A DNA stretch of 64,000 bases from Bacteroidales bacterium (GCA_045616665.1 JAZLHE010000036.1:1011-65010), one strand, 5' to 3'; positions 36,235 to 46,714 are shown, counted from the first letter of the stretch. Translations and numbers: made by a program. Notes: a model not told the origin generated them from the letters alone.

Positions 36235-36708
36235 ATGAATATCGAGCTTTTGTGTATTGGCAAAGAAAATGCGGACGCATTTGAAGACGCCATCAACCAA
36301 TACATAAAAAAAATCAAATTATACAACAATTTCAACATTGTCGTCATTCCTTATTTAAAAAACACAAAATCACTTTCTTTCGACGAACAAAAAAAGAAAG
36401 AAGGAGAACTTTTACTCAAAAAAATCGAAAATTCTGATTTTGTAGTCCTATTAGACGAACACGGTAAGGAAAACACCTCCGTTGAATTTGCAAAATTCAT
36501 CCAGCAGAAGTTAAACAGTGGCATCAAAAAACTGGTTTTTGTCATTGGCGGCGCATACGGATTTTCCTCTGAGGTATATCAGCGACAAAATGCGCAAATT
36601 TCTTTATCCAAACTTACCTTTCCCCATCTTATGACTCGTCTAATTTTTGCCGAACAGCTCTATCGCTCATTTACGATTCTACACAATGAGCCCTATCATC
36701 ATGATTAA
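36235..36708 (+). CDS. rlmH: 23S rRNA (pseudouridine1915-N3)-methyltransferase RlmH
   Basis: 157-aa SPOUT protein. VFVIGGAYGFS and the C-terminal ILHNEPYHH. Confidence 0.85.
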   Translation: MNIELLCIGKENADAFEDAINQYIKKIKLYNNFNIVVIPYLKNTKSLSFDEQKKKEGELLLKKIENSDFVVLLDEHGKENTSVEFAKFIQQKLNSGIKKLVFVIGGAYGFSSEVYQRQNAQISLSKLTFPHLMTRLIFAEQLYRSFTILHNEPYHHD

Positions 36709-36807
36709 AAGAGAGTTATTTTTTTTATAGATTATGTTCTCGTAAAGATTTTTTTTGTATCTTTGCACGTTTATTATTGTGTAAAAGTACAAATTAAATA
36801 CATAGCT

Positions 36808-39132
36808 ATGAGAAAATCTATCCTTTTATTGATTTTTGCGTCATTGTTTGCATATTCGTATGCCACCAAACCAGTGGTATCCGTAAATGATGCCAAATTA
36901 ACTGCAACCAACTTTATGGTTGAACAATGTCACGTCAATGCTGCCACATTGAACTTGACACTTCAACACACTGAGACTGATGAAGCGGGAGAACCTCTTT
37001 TCTATCGCTTCCAAGTAAACAATCAGGGTTTTGTAATTGTTTCTGCTTCAGAACTTTATAATCCTATTTTGGCATTTTCATTTGAATCGAACTTTGAAGG
37101 AAGTGAAGAAGCCAATGCGTTTTGCGATAGTTACAAGAAAAGCATTCAACAAGCAAAGGCGGCAAATCGTCCCGCCAAAGCTGCCGTTTCAGAAGCTTGG
37201 AAACATTTCAACAACGCACATTTCACTGCCATTAAATCTGGAGACAACGCAGCACACGAATGTATGCCTTTGTTAACCACCACTTGGGGCCAAGCTGCTT
37301 ATTATAATCAATACTGCCCTTACGATGGACATAACTACAGTGCCACCAGCAATACAAAAGACGCTCGTACGATTGTTGGCAATGCCGCCCTTGCCATGTC
37401 TCAAATTCTTTATTATTACCGTTATCCAACCCAAGGACACGGTGGTATATGCTACATTTCAGAAATTGATCGTGGTGCCTATATAGAAACCTATCCACGT
37501 ATTTTCATAAATTTGAATGATGTAACCTATAATTATGAAGCTATGCCTTCGTCCATCGACAATTACAATGGAGAGGTGGCTAAATTGTTATTCCACACAG
37601 GTGCCAGTGCTCAAACCAACTATAGTGCAGAAAGAAGTGTTGATTTCAAGACCGAAACCGAACCTTACATAGCTGCCAACGCATTGAGAGAAACTTGGGG
37701 AATGTCAACCAACGCCTCTATGTTCTTTAGACCAGCAGAAATTTCCAATGACAGTATCTGGGTTGCCGAACACATTATCCCTGAATTGGACGCCAGACGT
37801 CCCGTTTTCTATTCCGCATATAAAGATTTGGCTGGAACGGTTAATATGTGTATGATTATTGATGGTTACAAATATATGACCAATGCACAAGGTACTGCAA
37901 CCAATGTTTTCTTACACGTGAACTTGGCTTCAACAACTACTTCTGGTGAAATGAAGAAAGCTTATTATATGTACCCAAGCGACAACTTTTCCTACAAATT
38001 TAATGAAAGTATCATCAAAGGCCTGCAACCGGCAAGCCAAAATATTGAAAAACCATATACTGGCTTTGTTTTGGTTGACGCAAGAACGGGTTCAATCAGT
38101 GACGGTGCCGGCAATATGAAATATAAACCTAATTCTAACAGAAGTTGGTTAATTTCTGCTCCTAACGCAACAAGCTACACTTTCAACTTCAAACGTTTAA
38201 GTACAGAAGCCAACAACGACGTTATCTCTATCTATAGGGGAGAAACAGCAGATGAAAGCAACTTGGTTCAACGCTATTCAGGCCAATACCGTACCATAGG
38301 ATGTAATGATAATACACAAGGTTCAACTCAACAAGTTACTTTTGACTATCCTGCTCTTCCTGAAGCTCTTACAGTTGAATCCGGAAGCGTTTTAATCACC
38401 TTTACTTCAAACGATTCTATTGAAGATTACGGATTTGTTTTGGATTTCACATCAACAGATGACCAAAGCGCACTTTCAACTTGTGCAGAAAGCCAAGACA
38501 TTACCAATTACCACTACGTTCTTACCGACAAGGCACAAGAAATGGTTGAAGATGGTCCTGAAGTTGATCAGATTCACAGTTCAAACGAACCATACGCCGC
38601 ACATACCGTATGTAATTGGACTGTCAAATATCCAGGTGCCATTGGTTATTACATCGGCTTCACAAAATTTGACCTTAAGGCTGGCGATTTCATTGAAATT
38701 ACAACTACAGGGACTACGCCAGAATTATTGAAGATTTTTGACGTTTTCAACTACCCTGCCACCAGCTATTTCATTGACGCAAGCAAAATGAAAGTTAGAT
38801 TTGTAACCGATACCTGGAATGAAGGTACAGGTTTTGAATTGGGTTATTGGGCAAAAACCAGTATTAACGAAGAAAGTGGCCTTAGCGATATCAATGTCTA
38901 TCCAAATCCTGCCACTAATTTCTTAAACATCGACTTAAGCAGTGAAAATGCACAAAATATCACGATGAACATTTGTGATATGAGTGGTAAAATTATTTAC
39001 ACTGACGTTTTGAATCACAATGGTGGAACTCAAAATTATAAAGTTCCCGTATCACAATTAGCAAGCGGTATGTATTTCTTACATCTTAATACTAATACCG
39101 GCAAGTCAATTCAAAAGTTTATTGTAAAATAA
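36808..39132 (+). CDS. C10 (streptopain) family peptidase homolog with substituted catalytic residues, CUB-like region and T9SS C-terminal domain
   Basis: The C10 hallmark LLTTTWGQAAYYNQYCP is present. The block aligning to the catalytic GCVATAMAQIM reads GNAALAMSQIL, and the block aligning to GGHAFVIDG reads VNMCMIIDG. The C-terminus NVYPNPATNFLNIDLS...ASGMYFLHL..QKFIVK is a T9SS CTD. ATG 36808 is preferred because the -7 box at 36758-36765 overlaps the ORF-track start. Confidence 0.75.
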   Translation: MRKSILLLIFASLFAYSYATKPVVSVNDAKLTATNFMVEQCHVNAATLNLTLQHTETDEAGEPLFYRFQVNNQGFVIVSASELYNPILAFSFESNFEGSEEANAFCDSYKKSIQQAKAANRPAKAAVSEAWKHFNNAHFTAIKSGDNAAHECMPLLTTTWGQAAYYNQYCPYDGHNYSATSNTKDARTIVGNAALAMSQILYYYRYPTQGHGGICYISEIDRGAYIETYPRIFINLNDVTYNYEAMPSSIDNYNGEVAKLLFHTGASAQTNYSAERSVDFKTETEPYIAANALRETWGMSTNASMFFRPAEISNDSIWVAEHIIPELDARRPVFYSAYKDLAGTVNMCMIIDGYKYMTNAQGTATNVFLHVNLASTTTSGEMKKAYYMYPSDNFSYKFNESIIKGLQPASQNIEKPYTGFVLVDARTGSISDGAGNMKYKPNSNRSWLISAPNATSYTFNFKRLSTEANNDVISIYRGETADESNLVQRYSGQYRTIGCNDNTQGSTQQVTFDYPALPEALTVESGSVLITFTSNDSIEDYGFVLDFTSTDDQSALSTCAESQDITNYHYVLTDKAQEMVEDGPEVDQIHSSNEPYAAHTVCNWTVKYPGAIGYYIGFTKFDLKAGDFIEITTTGTTPELLKIFDVFNYPATSYFIDASKMKVRFVTDTWNEGTGFELGYWAKTSINEESGLSDINVYPNPATNFLNIDLSSENAQNITMNICDMSGKIIYTDVLNHNGGTQNYKVPVSQLASGMYFLHLNTNTGKSIQKFIVK

Positions 39133-39170
39133 CAATTCGAAATATTACCATATAGGTGAGATTCTCCAAT

Positions 39171-39202
39171 AAAAAAACCGAAGCCAAGACTTCGGTTTTT
39201 TT
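39171..39202. terminator. Bidirectional rho-independent terminator
   Basis: A7-CCGAAG-CCAAGA-CTTCGG-T7, between the convergent C10 homolog and rsmA genes. Confidence 0.8.
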
Positions 39203-39968
39203 ATTGAATCACATTCAAACAGATCTGCTCAAAATCACGTACAGTCAATTGCTCAGGCCGCTTGGTAAAAATTTCATTCTGCTGAAAAGACGGTTGAAAT
39301 TCAAAGTCGCGCAAAGAATTTCGTAAAGTTTTACGCCTTTGATTAAATCCTGCTTTCACTATTTGCTTAAATAAAGTTTCGGAACAACAAAGCTGTTTTT
39401 GCGGATTACGCACCAGGCGGATCACTGCCGACTTTACCTTTGGAGGGGGCAAAAACTGATTCTCATCAACCGTAAAAAGATATTCAATGTCGTAAAATGC
39501 CTGGAGTAGAACACTTAATATCCCATACTGCTTATTCCCGGGCTTGGAAGCCACCCTTTCGGCCACTTCTTTTTGAAACATTCCCACCGTTTCATTCACC
39601 AAGTCCTTGCTATCCAAAATCTTGAATAAAATCTGCGAAGAAATATTATATGGAAAATTCCCGATAACCACAACCTGATTGTTGAAAATCGCGCCTAAAT
39701 CTAATTTTAGAAAATCTTGTGCTATAATATTTCCGGATAAATCAGGATAATGAGATTTTAAAAACTCAACCGACTCACCATCAAGTTCCACGACCTTAAA
39801 ATGTTCGTATTGCTTGTGAAGCAGGTATTTAGTGAGGACACCCATTCCAGGACCGATTTCAAGCACATTTTTAGGCGATGAAGAAATACTTTCCACAATT
39901 CGCACCGCGATATCCTCGTTGGTCAAGAAATGCTGTCCCAGACTTTTTTTGGGCTTTACTGCTGGCAT
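39201..39968 (-). CDS. rsmA: 16S rRNA (adenine1518/1519-N6)-dimethyltransferase RsmA/KsgA
   Basis: KKSLGQHFL, the SAM motif LEIGPGMGVLT, and GNFPYNISS. Confidence 0.9.
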   Translation of the reverse strand: MPAVKPKKSLGQHFLTNEDIAVRIVESISSSPKNVLEIGPGMGVLTKYLLHKQYEHFKVVELDGESVEFLKSHYPDLSGNIIAQDFLKLDLGAIFNNQVVVIGNFPYNISSQILFKILDSKDLVNETVGMFQKEVAERVASKPGNKQYGILSVLLQAFYDIEYLFTVDENQFLPPPKVKSAVIRLVRNPQKQLCCSETLFKQIVKAGFNQRRKTLRNSLRDFEFQPSFQQNEIFTKRPEQLTVRDFEQICLNVIQ

Positions 39969-39971
39969 AAA

Positions 39972-41849
39972 CTACATATCTCCTCTTAAAGTTCTATATC
40001 GGTTTCTTGCTTCATTTACATACAAACTCGACGGAAAATCTTTCATTAATTTCTTATAGCAGTCCATCGCTTGTTGCATATCGTGAATATCATATTCATA
40101 TAATTCTCCCAACTTAAACAATGCATCATCGGCCAACAGCTCGGTATAGTGTGCATCAATGATTTTTTTCAACAACTGCTCAGCGGAAAGAAAATCCTTC
40201 TTTTTAATTAATATCAATGACTTCTGATATAAGGCATCGTCAACCAAAGTTCCCAAAGGCGAAATTGTCATGACAGAATCAAACATTTGGTAGGCCTCTT
40301 CCGCTTTATTTTGAAACAGCAGAAAATCAGCTTTTGCATAATATTGAAGCGGAATATTCGTATTCTGATCCGAAAACAAATCTTTTTCTTCTTCCTCTTC
40401 CTCTGAATCCCCATCTTCATTTTCTTCCTCATTGTCAGAAATCAACAAAGAAAAATACATAGCATCATTGGCAATTAGCTTTGTCGTAGCGGAACGCAAC
40501 ACGTCCAATTGACTCTTTGCCCAAGCAAATTCACCGATATAAAACGACAACTTCGCATTTTTGAATTTGGCAGTCTGACCGATTTCCTCATTGGGCATAT
40601 CCTGATTAACCTGTGAATAAAGCAGCGTGGCATCCCAGACATTATCCATATAAAGCTGAACATCAGCGAGTTTTACTTTATATTCATTTTTTTGTTTAGC
40701 ATCACGGGTTGCATTCTGTATGGCGTCTTCCAACAAAGTCACCGCATCATTTGGAGAATTTTTATAAAAAGCCAATAATGAGGCATATTGCAATACGAAA
40801 TCTGTTGGACAGGCTGCCACCCCTTTTTCCGCAACAAAATTTCGATAATCACTTTCAAGAGCAACAACATCGGACATCTTGATCGGCAAAGTATTTGAGA
40901 TTTTTTGATACTTGATATTTAACAGAGAGGTCAAGGCCTTATCATATTGAGGAGAATCACTTCCTTTTGCCACGACATAATTCAAAGCATCAATAGCCGT
41001 ATTGTAATCGTGATTTTGAGAGGCCGTAAGAGCCAACTGCACCAATTTTGTACCATCTTCCTTATTCTTCTTATCCATTGCCTTAGCCAACACCAACGCT
41101 TCTGGATAATCCCGATTGAGCTGATAAACCCAATAGAGCAAGGACGTATAGCAATCATTTTCCGGAAATTTCTGCATATTTTTTTGCAGAAGAGTTTTTA
41201 TAGTCTGATACTTTTGGAAATTTTCATCATCAAGCAAGGCATTTTGAATAATTTCTTCCGACTGGGACAGAAATTTTTCCTCATTATCTTTCACTAAGGC
41301 GACAGCTTCTTCAAAAAGCTTATCGGTTCTGCCCAACTGACTATAAATATCGGTAATTTCTTTGGCATACGATTTATCGTCAGCCAAAAGTTTTCTTCCC
41401 TTCATCAAAGCATCCAAAGCATATTCACGCTTACCTTTCGTCAAAAAGGAGTTATACACGTCCCTAATGCTATAATCCTTAGGTTGAATATCCTTTAATA
41501 CAGCCTGATATTCTTTTTCGGCTTTACCAATTTGGTTGGAAATTTCATAGACATAACCTAAATCAACACGATATCTCAACTGATCGGGAAATAATTTGCA
41601 TTGTTTCTTGGCCACTTTTTCCATTTGGTCAAAATCGTGCAATTGAAATAACGTTTGGTAATAATAGTAGTAAATGTAGGCATTTCGCTTGGTAATCGGA
41701 ATTTTTTCGAACAATTCGCCGGCCTTCTCGTATTCTGCGTCTTTATAATATTGCATAGCCAATTGTTCGTCAGTTGTTTGCTGTGCCATAGTACACACAC
41801 ATACCAACAGAGACACCAATAAAAGCAGAAACTTGCGCATCAATGCCAT
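39972..41849 (-). CDS. Tetratricopeptide-repeat protein with signal peptide and an acidic low-complexity insert
   Basis: Repeated TPR-like A/Y/L patterns throughout. EEENEDGDSEEEEEEKD stretch. The start overlaps the serS stop (TAATG). Confidence 0.65.
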   Translation of the reverse strand: MALMRKFLLLLVSLLVCVCTMAQQTTDEQLAMQYYKDAEYEKAGELFEKIPITKRNAYIYYYYYQTLFQLHDFDQMEKVAKKQCKLFPDQLRYRVDLGYVYEISNQIGKAEKEYQAVLKDIQPKDYSIRDVYNSFLTKGKREYALDALMKGRKLLADDKSYAKEITDIYSQLGRTDKLFEEAVALVKDNEEKFLSQSEEIIQNALLDDENFQKYQTIKTLLQKNMQKFPENDCYTSLLYWVYQLNRDYPEALVLAKAMDKKNKEDGTKLVQLALTASQNHDYNTAIDALNYVVAKGSDSPQYDKALTSLLNIKYQKISNTLPIKMSDVVALESDYRNFVAEKGVAACPTDFVLQYASLLAFYKNSPNDAVTLLEDAIQNATRDAKQKNEYKVKLADVQLYMDNVWDATLLYSQVNQDMPNEEIGQTAKFKNAKLSFYIGEFAWAKSQLDVLRSATTKLIANDAMYFSLLISDNEEENEDGDSEEEEEEKDLFSDQNTNIPLQYYAKADFLLFQNKAEEAYQMFDSVMTISPLGTLVDDALYQKSLILIKKKDFLSAEQLLKKIIDAHYTELLADDALFKLGELYEYDIHDMQQAMDCYKKLMKDFPSSLYVNEARNRYRTLRGDM

Positions 41850-43123
41850 TAGTCAATAATATCAAAACCGGTATATTTTCTCAAAACTTCAGGAACGACA
41901 ATGCCCTTGTCCGTTTGATAATTTTCCAAGATAGCAGCCAAGACCCGAGGAAGGGCCAAAGCACTACCATTCAAGGTATGGGCCAATCTCATCTTGCCCG
42001 TTGTTTCGTCTTTAAATCTCAGTTTCAATCGATTGGCCTGATAAGTCTCAAAATTGGAAACCGAACTTACCTCCAACCAACGTTGTTGGGCTTTGGAATA
42101 AACCTCCAAATCGTAGGTTAAGGCAGAAGTAAAACTGATATCACCACCGCACAAGCGCAAAACTCTAAACGGAAGTCCCAACTTGGTCAACAGCGACATC
42201 GCATAAGTCTTCATATTTTCCAACGTTTCGTAAGAGCGGTCAGGATGTTCGATGACAACGATTTCAATTTTATCAAACTGATGCAGACGGTTTAATCCAC
42301 GCACGTCTTTGCCGTATGAACCTGCCTCGCGGCGGAAACAAGCGGAATAGCCGCAATTTTTAATTGGGAAATCCCCTTCTTTCAAAATCACGTCACGATA
42401 AATATTGGTGAGCGGAACCTCAGCGGTAGGAATCAAATAGAAATTATCCACCTGGCAATGGTACATCTGACCTTCCTTATCGGGAAGCTGTCCCGTGGCA
42501 TACGCCGAAGCCTCATTCACGACGTAAGGAGGTTGAATTTCAGTAAATCCGTGGTTTATAGCTTCTTCCAAGAAGAAATTAATTAATGCACGTTGAATGC
42601 GGGCACCTTTGCCCTTATAGATCGGGAAGCCGGCACCCGTGATTTTACAACCCAGGTCAAAATCGATAATGTCGTACTTTTTCACTAATTCCCAATGAGG
42701 CAAAACCTCGCACGTAAAATCAGAGGCATCTCCTTCGGTATAAATCACTTCATTATCAGCAGCGGTTTTTCCAACAGGTACAGAAGAATGGGGCAAATTT
42801 GGCAACAAGACCAACTTATTTTGGATTTCGTCGGACTTTTCGGCCACCATCGTCTGGTATTGTTTTTCCACTTCCTTCAATTCGGCGATACGCTTTTTCA
42901 ACTCCTGAGCTTCTGCCGTCCTACCTTCCTTAAATAACTTGCCGATGTCTGCGGACAATTTTTTCTGTTCCATCAGATTGTCGTCCAAAACCTTTTTGTT
43001 TTGTCTGATTTCGACATCTAATTGGGCGATAGCGTCAATAATGGCTTTCGCATCAAAATTTTTGACCTTCAAACGATCAATGACGAATTGCGGATTTTCA
43101 CGAATTAATTGAATCTGTAACAT
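41849..43123 (-). CDS. serS: Serine--tRNA ligase
   Basis: N-terminal coiled-coil arm. Class II motifs FRREAGSYGKDVRGLNRLHQFDKIE and GSALALPRVLAAILENYQ. Confidence 0.95.
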   Translation of the reverse strand: MLQIQLIRENPQFVIDRLKVKNFDAKAIIDAIAQLDVEIRQNKKVLDDNLMEQKKLSADIGKLFKEGRTAEAQELKKRIAELKEVEKQYQTMVAEKSDEIQNKLVLLPNLPHSSVPVGKTAADNEVIYTEGDASDFTCEVLPHWELVKKYDIIDFDLGCKITGAGFPIYKGKGARIQRALINFFLEEAINHGFTEIQPPYVVNEASAYATGQLPDKEGQMYHCQVDNFYLIPTAEVPLTNIYRDVILKEGDFPIKNCGYSACFRREAGSYGKDVRGLNRLHQFDKIEIVVIEHPDRSYETLENMKTYAMSLLTKLGLPFRVLRLCGGDISFTSALTYDLEVYSKAQQRWLEVSSVSNFETYQANRLKLRFKDETTGKMRLAHTLNGSALALPRVLAAILENYQTDKGIVVPEVLRKYTGFDIID

Positions 43124-43130
43124 AGTATCA

Positions 43131-43874
43131 TTAATTTTTACCTTCTGAATTTAGGATATCGGCAATGTGAATTACTTCCAGGCCAATGCCCTTTGCCTGA
43201 ATAAAGGCATCAAAATGCTGGAGGCAGTGAATATCTGTGGAAGTAACGTATTGGGCACCCATAGAATAAATTTTAGTTATAATCTTTTCTATCATTTGGT
43301 CGGACATTTCGGGATTAATCACCGAAAATCGACCGTTGGCGGAACAGCAACCCGTCATTTCCGGATCGGTCAGCAACTCCAATCCGTCTGTATTACGCAA
43401 GAGGATTTCCGCCTCATCTTCCATTTCATACATATTACGAGCGGCACAAGACTTGAAATAAAACACACGTTCAGAGAACCTATTGTTCAACTTTGTGACA
43501 CCCAATTTATTGACAATAAAATCACATAACTCGTATGTATTGGCAATAAAATTTTTCAAGTCATTGACCACGCTGACATTAGTCAACAAGCTGCCGTAAT
43601 ATTTTCGAATGAAACCGGCACAAGCTGCGGAAGGGATAACGAGCGGACATTTAGATCCTTCAAATTCAGACATTATTTTTGCGCCCAAATCCCTCGCGCA
43701 TTCCGTTTCCCCTGAAAAATAGAATTTTCTGCCACAACAGGTTTGTTCTGCGTTATAACGGACCTCTAATCCCAATTTCTCGAGCAGCTGAACCACGCTT
43801 TCTGCCACTTGTGGACTGAACATATCCATATCACAGGGAATGAACACATTAACTTGATTGCCTTGATTTGCCAT
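43131..43874 (-). CDS. (Fe-S)-binding CCG-domain oxidoreductase subunit (LutA / glycolate oxidase GlcF-like)
   Basis: Two Cys-rich CCG-type motifs (CCGRKFYFSGE and GCCSANG). The internal ATG at 43874 is preferred because a minus-strand -7 box (TATTTTTG) lies at about 43893-43900. Confidence 0.65.
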   Translation of the reverse strand: MANQGNQVNVFIPCDMDMFSPQVAESVVQLLEKLGLEVRYNAEQTCCGRKFYFSGETECARDLGAKIMSEFEGSKCPLVIPSAACAGFIRKYYGSLLTNVSVVNDLKNFIANTYELCDFIVNKLGVTKLNNRFSERVFYFKSCAARNMYEMEDEAEILLRNTDGLELLTDPEMTGCCSANGRFSVINPEMSDQMIEKIITKIYSMGAQYVTSTDIHCLQHFDAFIQAKGIGLEVIHIADILNSEGKN

Positions 43875-43989
43875 TTTTACATCTTTTAATCTGCAAAAAT
43901 ACAAAAATAGTTCGGATAATATTCTATGCATCACATTTTTTTGCAAGTAAAATTTTATGTTCTCGTCGTCTCATTTCCTTTAAAATTTT

Positions 43990-44208
43990 TCGGAATTATC
44001 CCGTTTAATCTTGTAAAAGGTCGATCTTTCATTATGAGAATGTTTTTCTTTTCCGTTACTTTCTTTATAACCCAAAGAAAGGTTTTTCCGCTGCCTAAGC
44101 GATTGCTACAAATCGGGCCGTTGCCGGCTTGATCTTTTGTCTACTTTTCTATCAGGAGAAAAGTAACAGGAAATTACAACTTTGCAAGACGGAAAGGGAT
44201 AATTTCCC
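43990..44208 (+). repeat. Structured intergenic repeat, copy 2
   Basis: Same element as 15450-15640, with an extra internal segment of about 35 nt. The ends ATTATCCC...GGGATAAT are inverted repeats. Confidence 0.7.
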
Positions 44209-44292
44209 AAATTTTTTCTTTCGCTGTTGATAACTTTTTATAAATCATTATAATTTTATAATAAATTATTTTTATTTTTGCAACCGTAATGG

Positions 44293-44392
44293 AATGGTAA
44301 TCGGACTCCCTTCTTCAACATTACAACATCCCATCTGAATAAATATCTGTAAAATATTTGGCAATTACTCATTTTTCCGATTACCATTTTTT
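44293..44392 (+). promoter_or_regulatory. dprA leader: 13-bp perfect long-range stem followed by a U tract (possible attenuator or structured 5' UTR)
   Basis: AATGGTAATCGGA (44293-44305) pairs with TCCGATTACCATT (44376-44388), then TTTTTT. It lies between the -7 box at 44273-44280 and ATG 44404. Confidence 0.4.
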
Positions 44393-44403
44393 AAAGGACA
44401 ACT

Positions 44404-45507
44404 ATGGATCAAGAAACATTTTATAGACTCGCGCTCATTCATTATCCCAATTACGGTAATGCAAACATTAAGAAACTCATTCAAATCTGCGGCAATGCGA
44501 CGGTTTTGTTTGAAGACCATAAAAAAGTGGCCAGCAAGCTACGGCCAGTTAGGGCGAACATTCAATTGCCGACAATGAACGCATCTATCGAAAAATTCGT
44601 ACTGAATGAAATCAAGCACGCCCGACAACACGACATAAAAATATGTTTTTTTGACGACGAAGACTATCCGTTCAGACTATTGAACTGCAATGACTCGCCA
44701 TACTATTTTTACTACAAGGGAACAGAAAATTTTAACGGCAAGAAAAACATAGCCATCGTTGGCACGCGCAACGCAAGCAACTATGGCAAGGACGTGGTCA
44801 AAAAAATCGTAGAAGACCTGGCTTCTCACAATGTTTGCGTAATAAGCGGTTTGGCGCGAGGCATTGACACCTGTGCCCACGAAGAAGCACTCAACAACAA
44901 TTTATACACCGTGGCCGTAATGGGATGCGGACTCAAGACGATTTATCCGAGGGAAAATTCCAATTTGGCCGATAAAATATTGGAAAATGGGGGCACCATC
45001 ATCTCCGAATATCCTTTCGACACCTTACCCGACAGAATGAATTTTCCCAAACGGAACCGCATTATCGCAGGGATGTCGGATGCGGTGATCGTCGCGGAAT
45101 CGCAAGAAAAGGGCGGCAGCATCATCACCGCCGAAATCGCGCATTCCTACAACCGGGACGTTTTTGCCATTCCCGGCTCCATATTTCAAAAAGGACAGAA
45201 AGGATGCCACGAACTCATTCGCAACAATTTAGCGGCCCTCGTCTATTCTGGTGAAAACATTGCGGAAATGATGGGGTGGAACTCCCAACAAAAAACGAGC
45301 AGACAAGCCCAACTGTTCATTGAGTTAAATGCCGAAGAAGAAGCCGTACTGAATATCATCAGAAAACAACAAGGAGCCACCATCGACAACATCTACAACA
45401 CACTTCCACAATTGAACGCATCAAAAATCGCCGCCATTCTACTATCTATGGAATTGCGAAACATTGTTGAATGCAAACCCGGAAAAATTTATACCACTAT
45501 CTATTAA
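44404..45507 (+). CDS. dprA: DNA-processing protein DprA (Smf)
   Basis: IAIVGTRNASNYG, SGLARGIDTCAHEEAL, and GGSIITAEIA...VFAIPG. Confidence 0.9.
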   Translation: MDQETFYRLALIHYPNYGNANIKKLIQICGNATVLFEDHKKVASKLRPVRANIQLPTMNASIEKFVLNEIKHARQHDIKICFFDDEDYPFRLLNCNDSPYYFYYKGTENFNGKKNIAIVGTRNASNYGKDVVKKIVEDLASHNVCVISGLARGIDTCAHEEALNNNLYTVAVMGCGLKTIYPRENSNLADKILENGGTIISEYPFDTLPDRMNFPKRNRIIAGMSDAVIVAESQEKGGSIITAEIAHSYNRDVFAIPGSIFQKGQKGCHELIRNNLAALVYSGENIAEMMGWNSQQKTSRQAQLFIELNAEEEAVLNIIRKQQGATIDNIYNTLPQLNASKIAAILLSMELRNIVECKPGKIYTTIY

Positions 45508-45571
45508 TATTCAAGAATTTGAATTGAATCATAAAAAATCGTAATTTTGCAACCTAAAATAATGTAGAAAA

Positions 45572-46714
45572 ATGAGTGACACTTTCAATGATATAAGACC
45601 ATATACTGAAGAAGAAGCCGGCGAAAAAATATCGCAAATCATTGATAATGAGAGTTATCAAAATGCCATGCGACAAATTATTCCTGAATATACTCCTGAA
45701 CAACTCAAAAAAGACGCAAGGAATTTTAACACAATTTATGACTTTCAAACTTCTACTTCAAGAAAGTTTATAGAAAAATTTATTGAAATGTCCTCCAAAG
45801 GAGTGACTTTTAAAGGCATTGAAAATATCTCCCGAAATCAGAACTACATATTCATAGGAAACCATCGCGACATTACCTTTGACGCCGCTTTGCTGGCAGA
45901 ATATTTTTTCATTGAGAAGTTCAACACATCAAAAATCGCTATTGGCGACAATCTCATTTCAAGCAGTATTTTATCCGAGGTTGCGAAACTCAACAAAATG
46001 TTTTTGGTAAAACGCTCGGTATCATTGCGGGAAAAAATCACCAACTACCAGCACCTTTCCGCATACATTCACCACGTGCTTTTCAATGACCACGAGTCGG
46101 TTTGGATAGCGCAGCGCGATGGCAGAACCAAAGACGGATTGGACATCACCAAGCAAGGATTGATTAAGATGCTGGCAATGGACGATCAAGTAAAGCCATT
46201 GGAAATGCTCAAGAAAATCAATTTGACACCCACCATAGTCTCTTACGAATATGAACCCTGTGACCAACTTAAGGCCAGGGAATTGGCGCTGACAGAAAAC
46301 GGACCCTACCACAAAAAAAGCGGGGAAGACTTTGCGAGCATTATGCAAGGAATTATGGGGCAAAAAGGACGAATTCAACTTACCATCGGAAAGCCAATCA
46401 TAGATGAAATTGACACCATTCCCGAAACACTCAACCAAAACGATAAAATTTACGAAGTCTGCAAAATGGTGGATAGGCAAATTTACCAAAACTACAAACT
46501 TTATCCCAACAATTACATTGCCTTTGACATTTTAAGCCAACAAAATCGATTTGCGAACCAATATTCCGCACAAGAAAAAAAGGATTTCACAGATTATCTA
46601 CATCAACAAGCCAAGGTTGAAGATGTAGCGGAAGAAAAAATGATGCACTACCTCCTGCGAATCTATGCCAATCCCGTAACCACTGCCTTGAACGTTAGTT
46701 TTGAACAAAAATAG
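45572..46714 (+). CDS. Lysophospholipid/glycerolipid acyltransferase family protein (PlsC-like)
   Basis: The FIGNHRDITFDAALL block resembles the acyltransferase H-x-x-x-x-D region. The size and layout are as in Bacteroidota proteins annotated as 1-acyl-sn-glycerol-3-phosphate acyltransferase. Confidence 0.6.
   Translation: MSDTFNDIRPYTEEEAGEKISQIIDNESYQNAMRQIIPEYTPEQLKKDARNFNTIYDFQTSTSRKFIEKFIEMSSKGVTFKGIENISRNQNYIFIGNHRDITFDAALLAEYFFIEKFNTSKIAIGDNLISSSILSEVAKLNKMFLVKRSVSLREKITNYQHLSAYIHHVLFNDHESVWIAQRDGRTKDGLDITKQGLIKMLAMDDQVKPLEMLKKINLTPTIVSYEYEPCDQLKARELALTENGPYHKKSGEDFASIMQGIMGQKGRIQLTIGKPIIDEIDTIPETLNQNDKIYEVCKMVDRQIYQNYKLYPNNYIAFDILSQQNRFANQYSAQEKKDFTDYLHQQAKVEDVAEEKMMHYLLRIYANPVTTALNVSFEQK

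Noticed and set aside
40380-40440. Purine-rich stretch encoding EEENEDGDSEEEEEEKD in the TPR protein
   Set aside because: An acidic low-complexity insert within a coding region, with no repeat structure beyond codon reiteration.
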